A stretch of 47,083 nt of DNA from Patescibacteria group bacterium (GCA_043799575.1 JAZDNQ010000026.1:1-47083), one strand, 5' to 3'. Positions 6,524 through 15,995 are shown, counted from the stretch's first letter. Numbers and translations are program-made. Notes: generated by a model from the letters alone, not told the origin.

Positions 6524-9292
6524 ATGTTAAGAAAAATTCTTTCCGCAATCGTCGGCGACGCCAATGCGCGCGAAGTCAAAAAGCTGCAACCTGTGGTCGA
6601 GCAGATCAATCAGCTCGAGCTCGAGCTGCAGAAATTGAGCGAGGCCGAGCTGAAAAACAAAACTGAGGAATTTCGCGAGCGACTCGCGAAAGGCGAAACT
6701 CTAGACGAAATCCTTCCCGAGGCTTTCGCCGTCGTGAAAAATGCTTGCCGTAGGCTGGCTGGAAAAAGTTGGCCTGTTCGCGGGAACGAAGTGAAATGGG
6801 AAATGATCCCCTACGATGTCCAGCTCGTCGGCGGGATGATTTTGCATCAGGGCAAAATCGCGGAAATGAAAACGGGCGAAGGTAAAACTTTGGTTTGTAC
6901 TTTGCCGCTGTATTTGAATGCCTTGACTGGCAAAGGCTGTCATCTCGTCACAGTGAATAATTATCTCGCGCGACGTGATGCCGAGTGGATGGGTGGGCTG
7001 TTTAATTTTCTCGGACTGACGGTCGGCGTGATCAATCACGGCATTCCGCCTGAGGAAAGAAGAGCGGCGTACAACTGCGATATTACTTACGGCACGAATA
7101 CCGAATTCGGTTTTGATTATCTCCGCGACAACATGGCGCGCCGCGAAGAAGATCTCGTCCAGCGCGAATTGAATTACGCGATTGTCGACGAGGTCGACAG
7201 TATTTTGATCGATGAGGCGCGCACACCGTTAATTATTTCCGCACCGGCGGAAGAGTCGACGAGCAAGTATTTGAAATATTCCGAGCTAGTTCAGAATTTA
7301 GAGAAGGGCGTCGATTATGAATTGGACGAAAAAGCGCGCACCGCAACTTTGACTGAAGCGGGCATCGCGAAAATGGAGCAGCTGCTCGGTCTGGAAAATA
7401 TTTACACCGAGGCGGGCTTCAGTGAAGTCCACCACATCGAGGCCGCACTGAAAGCACGTGCTGTTTTCGAGCGCGACAAAGATTATGTCGTGAAGGACGG
7501 CGAGATTTTGATTGTGGACGAATTCACAGGAAGACTAATGCCTGGTCGCCGCTATTCAGACGGACTGCATCAGGCGCTCGAAGCGAAAGAAAAAGTCGAG
7601 GTGCGCCGCGAGTCAAAAACGCTCGCAACAATCACGCTGCAGAATTATTTTCGTTTGTTCGAGAAACTCGCGGGTATGACCGGTACTGCGCTCACCGAGG
7701 CCGAGGAGTTCGCGAAAATTTACAATCTCGAATGTGTTGCGATTCCGACGAATCAACCAGTCACGCGTCGCGATCTCGCCGATTCGGTTTTCAAAAACGA
7801 GGCGGGAAAATTTTTGGCGGCAGTTGGGAAAATCAAAGAATTGCACGAGTCGGGACAACCTGTGCTCGTCGGCACGATCACGATCGAGAAATCGGAAAGA
7901 TTGTCACAAATGCTTTTGCGCAACGGCGTGCCGCACAAAGTTCTGAACGCGAAGCAGCACGAAAAAGAAGCGGAGATTGTTTCGAAAGCCGGCGAACGCG
8001 GCGCTGTCACGATCGCGACGAATATGGCCGGTCGCGGCACCGATATCAAGCTCGGCGACGGTGTGGAAAATCTGGGCGGATTATTTATCCTCGGGACAGA
8101 GCGCCACGAATCGCGGAGAATTGATAATCAGCTCCGCGGGCGGGCAGGTCGCCAGGGCGATCCCGGCGCGAGCCAGTTTTTCGTCTCAATGGAAGACTCA
8201 TTAATGCGTCTTTTTGGCGGCGAAAAAATGCAAAAGATGATGGAGTTTCTCAAGGTGCCAGAAGATCAGCCAATCGAAAACAAGATGATTTCGCGGTCGA
8301 TCGAGTCGGCGCAGAAAAAAGTCGAGGCGCACCATTTCGATATTCGCAAACATCTTGTCGAGTACGATGATGTGATGAATAAACAGCGCGAAATTATTTA
8401 CGGCCGACGCAAAAAAATTCTGACGCACAAAAACATCGCTGACGAGATCCAGAAAGTTTTGGATGAAGAGGCGCGCGGCATTGTCGCCGCCTTCGCGGAA
8501 AACCGGAAGCGCGAAGAGTGGGATTGTGACGAGATCGCGAAACAGCTCGGGGCGGTCGCGAATGCAGAGGGCAAAGTCTCTGCGGAAAAATTGCGTGACT
8601 TCATGAAAATCGAAGAACTGCAAAACTTCGCGGTCGAGTTTTTGAAAAGTGAATACGCCGAGCGAGAGAAAAAAATTGAAAAACCGGAAGGACTGCGTTT
8701 CGCCGAACGACAAATTTATCTCGGGACGATCGATCGACTGTGGATGGAGCACCTCGAAAATATGCGCCACCTCCGCGAAAAAGTTTCGCTGCGCGGATTC
8801 GGGCAGCGCGATCCGCTGGTGGAATACAAAAACGAAGCGTTCATTTCGTTCGAAGAATTGCTCGGCAATGTCCGCGGCAATACTTTGCGCGCACTGTTCC
8901 GGCTGAAAGTCGAAGCTGCGCCGACGACTCCCGCGCCGATTCTCGATCCGAATATTCCGACGAAAGTCGTGACAAACGAAGATGCCGTCGAAGACATCGT
9001 CACCGGCGACCACGAGGGTTTCACGCCGACGGAAGAGCGCAAAATCGCCGCCGCCGCGAAAGAATTTTTGAAGGTAAATCCGCAGGTGCAAAATCTCGGC
9101 AAAGATGGCGTGGTCAAAATTCGCGCGGACGACGCACCGCCACCGGCCGTCGCAGCAAACCCGACCGTCGTGCGCGTCGAAAATTCCGGCGAACAAAAAG
9201 ATGCGGGCCGCAACGATCCGTGTCCGTGCGGAGCGACAAAAGAAGATGGCAGCCCGAAGAAGTATAAAAATTGTTGTGGGAAAAATAGCTGA
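6524..9292 (+). CDS. secA: Preprotein translocase ATPase SecA
   Basis: Motifs present are MKTGEGKTLV (Walker A), DEVDSILIDEARTPLIIS and the C-terminal zinc motif CPCG...KKYKNCCG. Start is set at ATG 6524 (MLRKILSAIVGD), because the 22 upstream codons of the track ORF look non-coding. Confidence 0.95.
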   Translation: MLRKILSAIVGDANAREVKKLQPVVEQINQLELELQKLSEAELKNKTEEFRERLAKGETLDEILPEAFAVVKNACRRLAGKSWPVRGNEVKWEMIPYDVQLVGGMILHQGKIAEMKTGEGKTLVCTLPLYLNALTGKGCHLVTVNNYLARRDAEWMGGLFNFLGLTVGVINHGIPPEERRAAYNCDITYGTNTEFGFDYLRDNMARREEDLVQRELNYAIVDEVDSILIDEARTPLIISAPAEESTSKYLKYSELVQNLEKGVDYELDEKARTATLTEAGIAKMEQLLGLENIYTEAGFSEVHHIEAALKARAVFERDKDYVVKDGEILIVDEFTGRLMPGRRYSDGLHQALEAKEKVEVRRESKTLATITLQNYFRLFEKLAGMTGTALTEAEEFAKIYNLECVAIPTNQPVTRRDLADSVFKNEAGKFLAAVGKIKELHESGQPVLVGTITIEKSERLSQMLLRNGVPHKVLNAKQHEKEAEIVSKAGERGAVTIATNMAGRGTDIKLGDGVENLGGLFILGTERHESRRIDNQLRGRAGRQGDPGASQFFVSMEDSLMRLFGGEKMQKMMEFLKVPEDQPIENKMISRSIESAQKKVEAHHFDIRKHLVEYDDVMNKQREIIYGRRKKILTHKNIADEIQKVLDEEARGIVAAFAENRKREEWDCDEIAKQLGAVANAEGKVSAEKLRDFMKIEELQNFAVEFLKSEYAEREKKIEKPEGLRFAERQIYLGTIDRLWMEHLENMRHLREKVSLRGFGQRDPLVEYKNEAFISFEELLGNVRGNTLRALFRLKVEAAPTTPAPILDPNIPTKVVTNEDAVEDIVTGDHEGFTPTEERKIAAAAKEFLKVNPQVQNLGKDGVVKIRADDAPPPAVAANPTVVRVENSGEQKDAGRNDPCPCGATKEDGSPKKYKNCCGKNS

Positions 9293-9496
9293 TTAAATTT
9301 TTAACTTAGCGAAATCCGCGCACCTAGTCGCGCCAGCCTGTAAAAAGTTGGGCTGAATTTCGTCTGCGAGTAAAGCCGTGCTTCGCTTTTTCTCTCGTGA
9401 TTAACGTGTCTAGCTTAATTAAAGTTTAATGATGCGGTCTTGCCCGGCTGTGTTTGGTTTATAAAAATGTCAGCCTAATCTTTTAACTTTTTTATC

Positions 9497-9874
9497 ATGC
9501 GTAGCATCAATCGAGTAATCCTCATCGGTCACCTCACCGGAGATCCAGAAATCCGTGAAACCAAGACCGGGAAAAAGGTCGCCAGCTTTTCTATCGCCAC
9601 CAACTACGACAGGACGGTCGACGGAGAGAAGCGCCAGTACACAGATTTCCACCGGATCACAGCCTGGGGACGGCTCGCCGAAACTGCCGAAAAGTGGCTC
9701 AAAAAAGGTATGGGTGTCTTTGTCGAAGGCCGCCTGCACAATAGCCAATTCGAGAAAGACGGACAGAAAAGAACCATCACTGAGGTCGTCCTCGACACCC
9801 TCAATATTCTCAAGTGGGGCAAAGACGAGTCCGGCAACAATGAAGTGAACGTAGAGGAGCCTGGGGACAAATAA
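9497..9874 (+). CDS. ssb: Single-stranded DNA-binding protein, short paralogue without the canonical acidic D-D-(I/L)-P-F tip
   Basis: The OB-fold N-terminus MRSINRVILIGHLTGDPEIRETKTGKKVASFSIATN is present. The 125-aa protein ends ...NVEEPGDK. Confidence 0.85.
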   Translation: MRSINRVILIGHLTGDPEIRETKTGKKVASFSIATNYDRTVDGEKRQYTDFHRITAWGRLAETAEKWLKKGMGVFVEGRLHNSQFEKDGQKRTITEVVLDTLNILKWGKDESGNNEVNVEEPGDK

Positions 9875-9899
9875 AATTCTTATGCCCCAGCACGGCAGT

Positions 9900-11459
9900 T
9901 TATTTGCTTCTGCTCGTCTTCCAGATCGCGTACTCTAGGCTGTCGGTCAAAGCCTGCCAACTCGCTGCGATGATATTTTCCGAACAGCCAACCGTCGCCC
10001 AGTTTTCTTTTGAGTTTGAGCTTTCAATCAAAACGCGTGTTTTTGCCGCTGTCGCCGCATCCGAATCGAGAATGCGCACTTTGTAATCTTTCAGTTCGAC
10101 GTTTTTAATCGCGGGAAAAAACTTCGCGACGGCGCGACGCGTCGCGAGGTCGAGCGCGTTCACCGGGCCATTGCCACTCGCAGCGTACTCGCGAATTTCC
10201 GAGCCAACTTTCAGCCGCACGGTCGCTTTCGCCTCGCCGCTTTTTTCGTTCAAAACAAAATAGTCTAAAACCTGGAATGGCGCGCGGTAATTTTTTTGCG
10301 AACGGAGAATGAGAAGCGCGAAACTCGCCTCAGCAGTTTCGAAATAAAAACCCGCGTTTTCGAGCGACTTCACTTGTGCGAGAATTTCGCGTGTTTGCGG
10401 CGCATCGGCTTTTAAATTAAATCCGAGCCGCTTCGCGACCGCAACGACATTCGACTTGCCAGAAAGCTCTGAAATCGTGACCCGTGAAAAATTTCCAACT
10501 AATTTCGGATCAATGTGCTCGTAGCTTTTCGGATTTTTACGAACGGCGGAAGCGTGAATCCCACCTTTGTGTGTAAAAGCGTTCACACCAACGAAGGGTA
10601 AATTCTTCGGCGCAGGAAGATTCGCCGTCTCGAAAATGAAATTCGTGAGTTGGGTAAGTTTTTTTAAATTCTCCGGCGCGACAATTTTATTTTTCTTTTT
10701 AATTTGGAGATCGACAATGATCGCGCCGAGATCGGCGTTGCCTGCGCGCTCGCCGAGCCCACCGAAAGTGCCCTGAATTATTTCCGCGCCTTCCGCCGCG
10801 GCGACAAGTGAGTTCGCAACCGCCGTCCCAGAGTCGTTGTGCGCGTGAATTCCAAGTGGAGCTTTAATTACTTTTTTCACCTCCTGAAAAATCGCACGTA
10901 TTTCTCCCGGCAGCGTTCCACCATTTGTATCGCATAAACTTAAGTTTACCGCACCGTTTTCTTCGGCAAGCTTTAAGCATTCCAGCGCAAATTTTGGATT
11001 ACTTTTAAAACCGTCAAAAAAATGCTCCGCATCAAAAATTACTTTCCTTTTGTTTTTTATTAAAAATCGAATCGTTTTTTGAATTAATTCCAATGCCGCT
11101 GTATCACTAATTTTTAAAATTTTTCGTGTATGAAGATCCCAAGTTTTTCCAAAAACTGTTACGAACTTTGTTCCCGCTGAAATAACTTTTTGGATTAAAA
11201 AATCACTCGCCGGGTTTTTATCTTTTAAAACTATCGCCGAAAAAGCCACCACTTCACTTTTTAATTTTTTCTTTTTAACTTCTTGAAAAAACTTCTCATC
11301 TTTTGGATTACTTCCTGGCCAACCACCCTCGATAAATTGCACACCAAAATCATCCAATTTTTCTACAATTCGAATTTTATCTTCGACTGAAAAATTCACA
11401 CCTTCCATTTGTGATCCATCACGCAGAGTCGTGTCGTATATCTTTATAGGTTTATTCAT
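9900..11459 (-). CDS. cimA: Citramalate synthase (LeuA/CimA family)
   Basis: N-terminus is IYDTTLRDGSQMEGVNFSVEDKIRI..GGWPGSNPKD. The C-terminal LeuA-type regulatory domain reads GNGPVNALD...ENIIAASWQALTDSLEYA. Length is 519 aa. Confidence 0.85.
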   Translation of the reverse strand: MNKPIKIYDTTLRDGSQMEGVNFSVEDKIRIVEKLDDFGVQFIEGGWPGSNPKDEKFFQEVKKKKLKSEVVAFSAIVLKDKNPASDFLIQKVISAGTKFVTVFGKTWDLHTRKILKISDTAALELIQKTIRFLIKNKRKVIFDAEHFFDGFKSNPKFALECLKLAEENGAVNLSLCDTNGGTLPGEIRAIFQEVKKVIKAPLGIHAHNDSGTAVANSLVAAAEGAEIIQGTFGGLGERAGNADLGAIIVDLQIKKKNKIVAPENLKKLTQLTNFIFETANLPAPKNLPFVGVNAFTHKGGIHASAVRKNPKSYEHIDPKLVGNFSRVTISELSGKSNVVAVAKRLGFNLKADAPQTREILAQVKSLENAGFYFETAEASFALLILRSQKNYRAPFQVLDYFVLNEKSGEAKATVRLKVGSEIREYAASGNGPVNALDLATRRAVAKFFPAIKNVELKDYKVRILDSDAATAAKTRVLIESSNSKENWATVGCSENIIAASWQALTDSLEYAIWKTSRSK

Positions 11460-11545
11460 TCTTTTAATTAATAGATAAGAGTGGTTTGTTTTAAGTTGGT
11501 AAAAAGTGGTTGAATAAATTATTTTTTGGAAAACCCAAGAAAAGT

Positions 11546-11576
11546 TGTGGATAAGTTTTTGAAAAGGTTTGGATAA
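11546..11576. promoter_or_regulatory. Two DnaA-box-like 9-mers in the AT-rich spacer upstream of cimA
   Basis: TGTGGATAA (11546-11554) is the exact complement of TTATCCACA. TTTGGATAA (11568-11576) has one mismatch, the same orientation and a 22-bp spacing. Weaker GATAAG repeats lie nearby. Confidence 0.4.
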
Positions 11577-11658
11577 GTAGCGAGCTCTAAAAGTAAATTA
11601 AGTAATAAAATTTAGAAAGATAAAGTTTAAAAAAAGATTTAAATAAATTAAAGGAAAA

Positions 11659-12921
11659 CTATTTTTGGAATTTTGCACGCGGCGCGACCGACTTACGATT
11701 CTGACGAGTTTTAGTTTTCCACACAGCATCCAAAAATTGGCCATCTTTCAAGTTCTGCGCGACGACGATTCCGCTGCCGACGAAACAATTTTTACCAATA
11801 AAAACGCCGGGCATCACGCTCGTGTTCACCCCGATGCGCGAACTCTCACCAATCACAGCGCCGAATTTATTGCGCCCAGCGCCGATTTTTTGCTTTTCAA
11901 TTTCCGCGAAAATTTCATCCTCATCAAGCCGTAAATTTGCGCAAACCGCGCCCGAACCAAGCGAAACATTTTCCGCGATAATCGAATCTCCGAGATAATT
12001 GCGGTGTGTCCACGAATGCGCGCCGAGTGAGCTGCGTGCGACTTCCGAGCTCGAACCGACGACCGCGTTTGCCAAAATCTGCGAATCGCGTACAAGCGAG
12101 TGCGAGCCGACGACAGTATTCGCGCCGATGAAAGAATTTCGCACGATCGCGAAGTCGAAAATTTTCGCGCCGGGCGAAATAATCGAATTTTGGATAATCG
12201 CGGTTTTTGCAATTGAGCTTTTGGGAGAAATTTTCGATTTCAGGTCCTTCGTAAAATCCACAATCAAGTCGAGCGCGTGCCACGGAAATTTCACCGCGCG
12301 CCAAGTTTTTTTATTCTCGACTGCGATAAATTTGCCTGTTTTGAACAGTTTCGCGAGCGCGAGCTCGTAGCCATCATCTTTTTTATTCGAAATTTTCGTT
12401 AGCTCGGCAACCAGTTTTCGTGGCTCGTGGAAAAAATGAAAAACGAGATTTACCAAGTCGCTTGGCGCTTTATTTAGCGCGGGTTTTTCGACGATATCTG
12501 TGATTCGTCCGTTCGTAATTTTCAAATAGCCGCCCGGAAAATATTCCGCGACCTTTTGTGCGAGCAGCGCGCCGTCGCAATTCCGCGCCTGTGAAACTTT
12601 GCGAATCTCGCTTGGTTCGACCAAATCATTCGTCGAGGCGATTAGAGTAGGTTCAGTCAAGAATTTCGCGGCAGTCAAAACTGCACCCGCCATTCCGTCT
12701 TCCAGTTTTTGCTGCACCAAAACTTGCGCTTTTGGGAAAAGCTGCGCGATCCTTTTTTCATTCGCAGCGTTCGCGACAATCATAATTTTGGTTGCCCCGG
12801 CTTTTTGCAAATTCGCGACCGATTTTTCGATTAAGTATTCATCGCCAATTTGAAAAAAATTCTTATCCCCGAGAGGTTGAAACCTCCGCGAACGGCCGGC
12901 AGCGAGCAGCAGAGCTTGCAT
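11659..12921 (-). CDS. Sugar-phosphate nucleotidyltransferase fused to a left-handed beta-helix (hexapeptide) domain, GlmU-like
   Basis: N-terminus is MQALLLAAGRSRRF (NTP-transferase G-loop). The C-terminal half is rich in hexapeptide-type repeats (IGANTVVGSHSLV.., VGSSSEV.., IGESSRIGVNTSV..). ATG 12921 is preferred over TTG 12933. Confidence 0.7.
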   Translation of the reverse strand: MQALLLAAGRSRRFQPLGDKNFFQIGDEYLIEKSVANLQKAGATKIMIVANAANEKRIAQLFPKAQVLVQQKLEDGMAGAVLTAAKFLTEPTLIASTNDLVEPSEIRKVSQARNCDGALLAQKVAEYFPGGYLKITNGRITDIVEKPALNKAPSDLVNLVFHFFHEPRKLVAELTKISNKKDDGYELALAKLFKTGKFIAVENKKTWRAVKFPWHALDLIVDFTKDLKSKISPKSSIAKTAIIQNSIISPGAKIFDFAIVRNSFIGANTVVGSHSLVRDSQILANAVVGSSSEVARSSLGAHSWTHRNYLGDSIIAENVSLGSGAVCANLRLDEDEIFAEIEKQKIGAGRNKFGAVIGESSRIGVNTSVMPGVFIGKNCFVGSGIVVAQNLKDGQFLDAVWKTKTRQNRKSVAPRAKFQK

Positions 12922-13047
12922 TTTGAGAGCCAAATTTTAGCAGATTTTCTGAAAATAACCTTGCTGCAAATTTCATTTATTGCCAATCGCTTTTTCGAGA
13001 AATATTTTTTTAGCTTGTTAAAATGAGCTTCCATTTAACTTTTCACC

Positions 13048-13482
13048 ATGGCTGCCTCACTTAACAAAGCGCAAATCATCGGGAATCTCACTCGCGATCC
13101 GGAAGTCCGCCAAACACCGAACGGCCAAACCGTCGCAACGATTGGCGTCGCCACGAACCGCAAATGGAAAAATGCGGCGGGCGAACTACAAGAAGAGGCG
13201 GAATTTCACAATATCGTTTGTTGGGGAAAACTCGCCGAGATTTGCCAGCAATATTTGCGCAAAGGCTCGAAGGTTTATTTCGACGGTCGGCTCAAAACTC
13301 GCAGCTGGGAAGATCCGGACGGCAAGAAAAATTACCGCACAGAGATCATCGCCGAAAACATGATCATGCTCGATTCGCGCGGCGGTTCATCGGCTCCGCA
13401 AAATTCCGCTCCGGCCGAGTCCGATTCGCAAGTTCCGCCATCCGACAACGAGGAAGTCAAAATTGACGACCTGCCGTTTTAG
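13048..13482 (+). CDS. ssb: Single-stranded DNA-binding protein, canonical (acidic C-terminal tip DDLPF)
   Basis: The protein has an OB-fold N-terminus (AQIIGNLTRDPEVRQTPNG), a Gly/Pro/Ser linker and the terminal KIDDLPF. Confidence 0.92.
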   Translation: MAASLNKAQIIGNLTRDPEVRQTPNGQTVATIGVATNRKWKNAAGELQEEAEFHNIVCWGKLAEICQQYLRKGSKVYFDGRLKTRSWEDPDGKKNYRTEIIAENMIMLDSRGGSSAPQNSAPAESDSQVPPSDNEEVKIDDLPF

Positions 13483-15808
13483 TTCTGCGGCGCAGGAAAT
13501 ACGCTCCCCCGAGTCCCGCGAGCAGCGCGATCAAAATAATTTCCGCTGGGCCGACTTCGACTTTCGTGACATTCGAAAGGTTCGCGCTTTGGTGTGATCC
13601 TGGGAAAACCGCGCTCACCGCGAAATAATAATCTTGATTCGCGGTCAGTCCGAGCGGCTGAAAAGAAGTCGCCTGCACCTCGACCGTCGGTAAATCGTAA
13701 ACATTCGGCATTGTCCCGGCGTGGACGCGATAGCTCGTCGCCCCCGCGACGGCATTCCAAAAGAGAATCGTGTTGCCGTCAGCGTCTTTTCGCTGGAAAA
13801 GCTGAATCGGATCGCTCGATTCGCAAACAGCGCCCGACTGTGGAGTCGCGCTCACCTCGTCGAATTGCACGACTGTTTCGCCGAAATCATCGACACCGCG
13901 CAGCGCGAAAAAGTACTGCGTTCCGTTGATCAAATCACGCGCTTCCCATTCGCCGCGCCTGGCGCCGTCCGGCAAAATCTGACTCTCGGCATAATCGCCG
14001 CTCGCCACACCGTAATCGAGCCAATAATTTTTGATTTTTGGATCGGTGTTTTCCCAGCTCAAAGCAATTCTTGAATTGCAGCTTTGCACCGAAACAACAG
14101 GTGCGACTTTTTCTGCGATCGGAGTTTCGTTCACGACCGCACTGCCGCCATTTTGTTTCCCCGCGGCGTCGAGCGAGACGACCTGGAAAAAGTACTGCGT
14201 GTCGTTGTTCAATTTGTCGACATACCAAGCTGTCGAATTATCGCTGGTTGTGAATTTTTTATTCAGTGAGTCTTCACTAGTGCCGTAAAAAATTTCGTAA
14301 TGATTGACCTGCATCGAGTTCGCGGGCGCGTCCCATTTCAAATCCACCCGTCCATCGCGCGGGCTCGTCGCGATCGAGTCGATCGTGATCGCCGGGACGA
14401 CCAAAATTGTCGTCGCCTCAGAATATTCACCCAAATTTCCCGCGGCATCTTCGAGCTCCACTCCGGCAAAATAAGTGCCCTCTTTCGGCGCAGTGAATTC
14501 GCCGGTATAAGTCCCAAGCTCGACAGCTTCGTCCAAATCAATCGAGCTGTCGCCGATGCGGAAAATCGCGCTCTTCAAATTCGGCTCGCTTTTAACTTTC
14601 ACCGTGAAATTCGTGCCGATCGTGATGCGATTGCCCGGTTCGATCGCGATACTTTGCAAAACAGGCGCGACTTGGTCGAGCGTGACATTCACTGCTTCTG
14701 AGACCGCGCCGACCGAGTTGTCGCCGCGCAGTACGCCGACCGTGATTTCGTGTGAGCCGTCGGTCAAAGATATTTCACTTAAAAAGTTGCCGTTTTGGTC
14801 GGACTGAGCATTTTGGAAAAACTGTCCGTCGACGAAAACCACCAAGTTAGTGTTCACTGGCGCGAGACCTGAGACAGAGACACTTTCGTGTAAAAGTGCG
14901 CCGTCGGCCGGGCTAGTGATGACCGGAGTCGAGACACCAGCGCTGTCGCCCGCTACACTCACAGCAATTTCTTTCGAGCCGACATTCGCGCCGCCGGAAA
15001 TAGTGACTGTTTGCTGTCCGGCTGTGCCGAAAGTGACCGCGTTCGCGAAAGTGTGCGTCCCACGATCGAGTGTGACGAAGGTGTAGTTTTGCGGCAAAAC
15101 TGCGAGCTGGTCCGAGCTTTCGAACTCAATCGTTCCGGCGAAACCTTCGTCCGGTTGACCATTCGCACCTTCAATCGTGATCGTGAGGTCGGTCGGAGTT
15201 TCAGCTTTCACCGTGTCCGGGAAGTCAGCCGAAATCTGATCCACAAAAGTCTGAGTCGTCGCGGTCGTTTTCGCCGAGCTGGTCGCTGCGGTTGTAGTGT
15301 CCGGAGTCAAAACATCGGCTCGCAAAAGACTGCCGCCGACACCGCCCGCTTTCGCCAAAAATACGACGCGCGGTCGCTCCAAAATTGTTTGATTCCCGAC
15401 GAGCGCGGTGAGCGAACTCACGCCCTCCTCTTTTGCGACGATTTGAAAATTAATTTCACCGTTCGAGTTCGTAGCGGTTTGCAGTGCTTTGACAGTGTCA
15501 GTCGCGCGTGAAGAAATCAAATTCACGGTTTGGCCCACGGCTGGTTTATTCGCTGCGTCGCGTAGCGTGACGGTTGCGACTGAATATTTTTCGCCGACGT
15601 ATCCGATATCGTCGTTGATTCGGACGCTCGATTTTGCGACCGAAATCTCAGCCGGAGCGGTCGGAGTCGCGATGGCCGTATTTTGGCCAAAGAAAACATC
15701 GGCCGGGACGAGGACATATCCGCTCGGGATTTGGCTCGCAAAAGCGAGATTTGTCGAGCCGAGTAGGCTCATGATCCCGAGCACCGCCGCGAAGATTTTT
15801 GTTTGCAT
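13457..15808 (-). CDS. Large secreted surface protein with Ig-like and three FN3-like repeats and a C-terminal TM anchor / sorting-signal-like tail
   Basis: The signal peptide is MQTKIFAAVLGIMSLLGSTNLAFA. An invasin/Big-like segment reads VATVTLRDAANKPAVGQTVNL. The FN3-like units are WDAPANSMQVNHYEIFYG, LSWENTDPKIKNYWLDYG and LFWNAVAGATSYRVHAG. The tail is GPAEIILIALLAGLGGAYFLRRRTK. Confidence 0.8.
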   Translation of the reverse strand: MQTKIFAAVLGIMSLLGSTNLAFASQIPSGYVLVPADVFFGQNTAIATPTAPAEISVAKSSVRINDDIGYVGEKYSVATVTLRDAANKPAVGQTVNLISSRATDTVKALQTATNSNGEINFQIVAKEEGVSSLTALVGNQTILERPRVVFLAKAGGVGGSLLRADVLTPDTTTAATSSAKTTATTQTFVDQISADFPDTVKAETPTDLTITIEGANGQPDEGFAGTIEFESSDQLAVLPQNYTFVTLDRGTHTFANAVTFGTAGQQTVTISGGANVGSKEIAVSVAGDSAGVSTPVITSPADGALLHESVSVSGLAPVNTNLVVFVDGQFFQNAQSDQNGNFLSEISLTDGSHEITVGVLRGDNSVGAVSEAVNVTLDQVAPVLQSIAIEPGNRITIGTNFTVKVKSEPNLKSAIFRIGDSSIDLDEAVELGTYTGEFTAPKEGTYFAGVELEDAAGNLGEYSEATTILVVPAITIDSIATSPRDGRVDLKWDAPANSMQVNHYEIFYGTSEDSLNKKFTTSDNSTAWYVDKLNNDTQYFFQVVSLDAAGKQNGGSAVVNETPIAEKVAPVVSVQSCNSRIALSWENTDPKIKNYWLDYGVASGDYAESQILPDGARRGEWEARDLINGTQYFFALRGVDDFGETVVQFDEVSATPQSGAVCESSDPIQLFQRKDADGNTILFWNAVAGATSYRVHAGTMPNVYDLPTVEVQATSFQPLGLTANQDYYFAVSAVFPGSHQSANLSNVTKVEVGPAEIILIALLAGLGGAYFLRRRTKTAGRQF

Positions 15809-15918
15809 TTTTGGCTTTTAAATCCGGATATTTTAGCATTTTTAAGCATTTTCCTCAATCACGAAGACTTGCCAAAATCAAGGATTATTTCCCAGTAAAA
15901 ATGCTAAAATCGCGCCAC

Positions 15919-15995
15919 GCGCCCGTGGCTCAACTGGATAGAGCACTGGTCTTCGGAACCGGGGGTTGCAGGTTCGAATCCTGCCGGGCGCACCA
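15919..15995 (+). tRNA. tRNA-Arg (anticodon UCG), CCA encoded
   Basis: Hand-folded cloverleaf: acceptor GCGCCCG/CGGGCGC, D arm GCTC/GAGC, anticodon stem CTGGT/ACCGG with loop CTTCGGA (anticodon TCG), T arm GCAGG-TTCGAAT-CCTGC, then A-CCA. Confidence 0.9.

Noticed and set aside
8201-9196. A 331-aa ORF on the minus strand inside secA, plus further overlapping ORFs at 8716-9213 and 8740-9267.
   Set aside because: It lies entirely antisense or out of frame to a strongly supported SecA CDS. The translation is low-complexity and Arg/Phe-rich with no motif. It is a typical stop-poor alternative frame of a biased coding region.
9366-9396. Intrinsic terminator after secA (GCGAG..AAGC-CGT-GCTT-CGC followed by TTTTT).
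   Set aside because: The stem is short and interrupted, and it lies about 75 nt past the stop. It is plausible but too weak to list as a feature.
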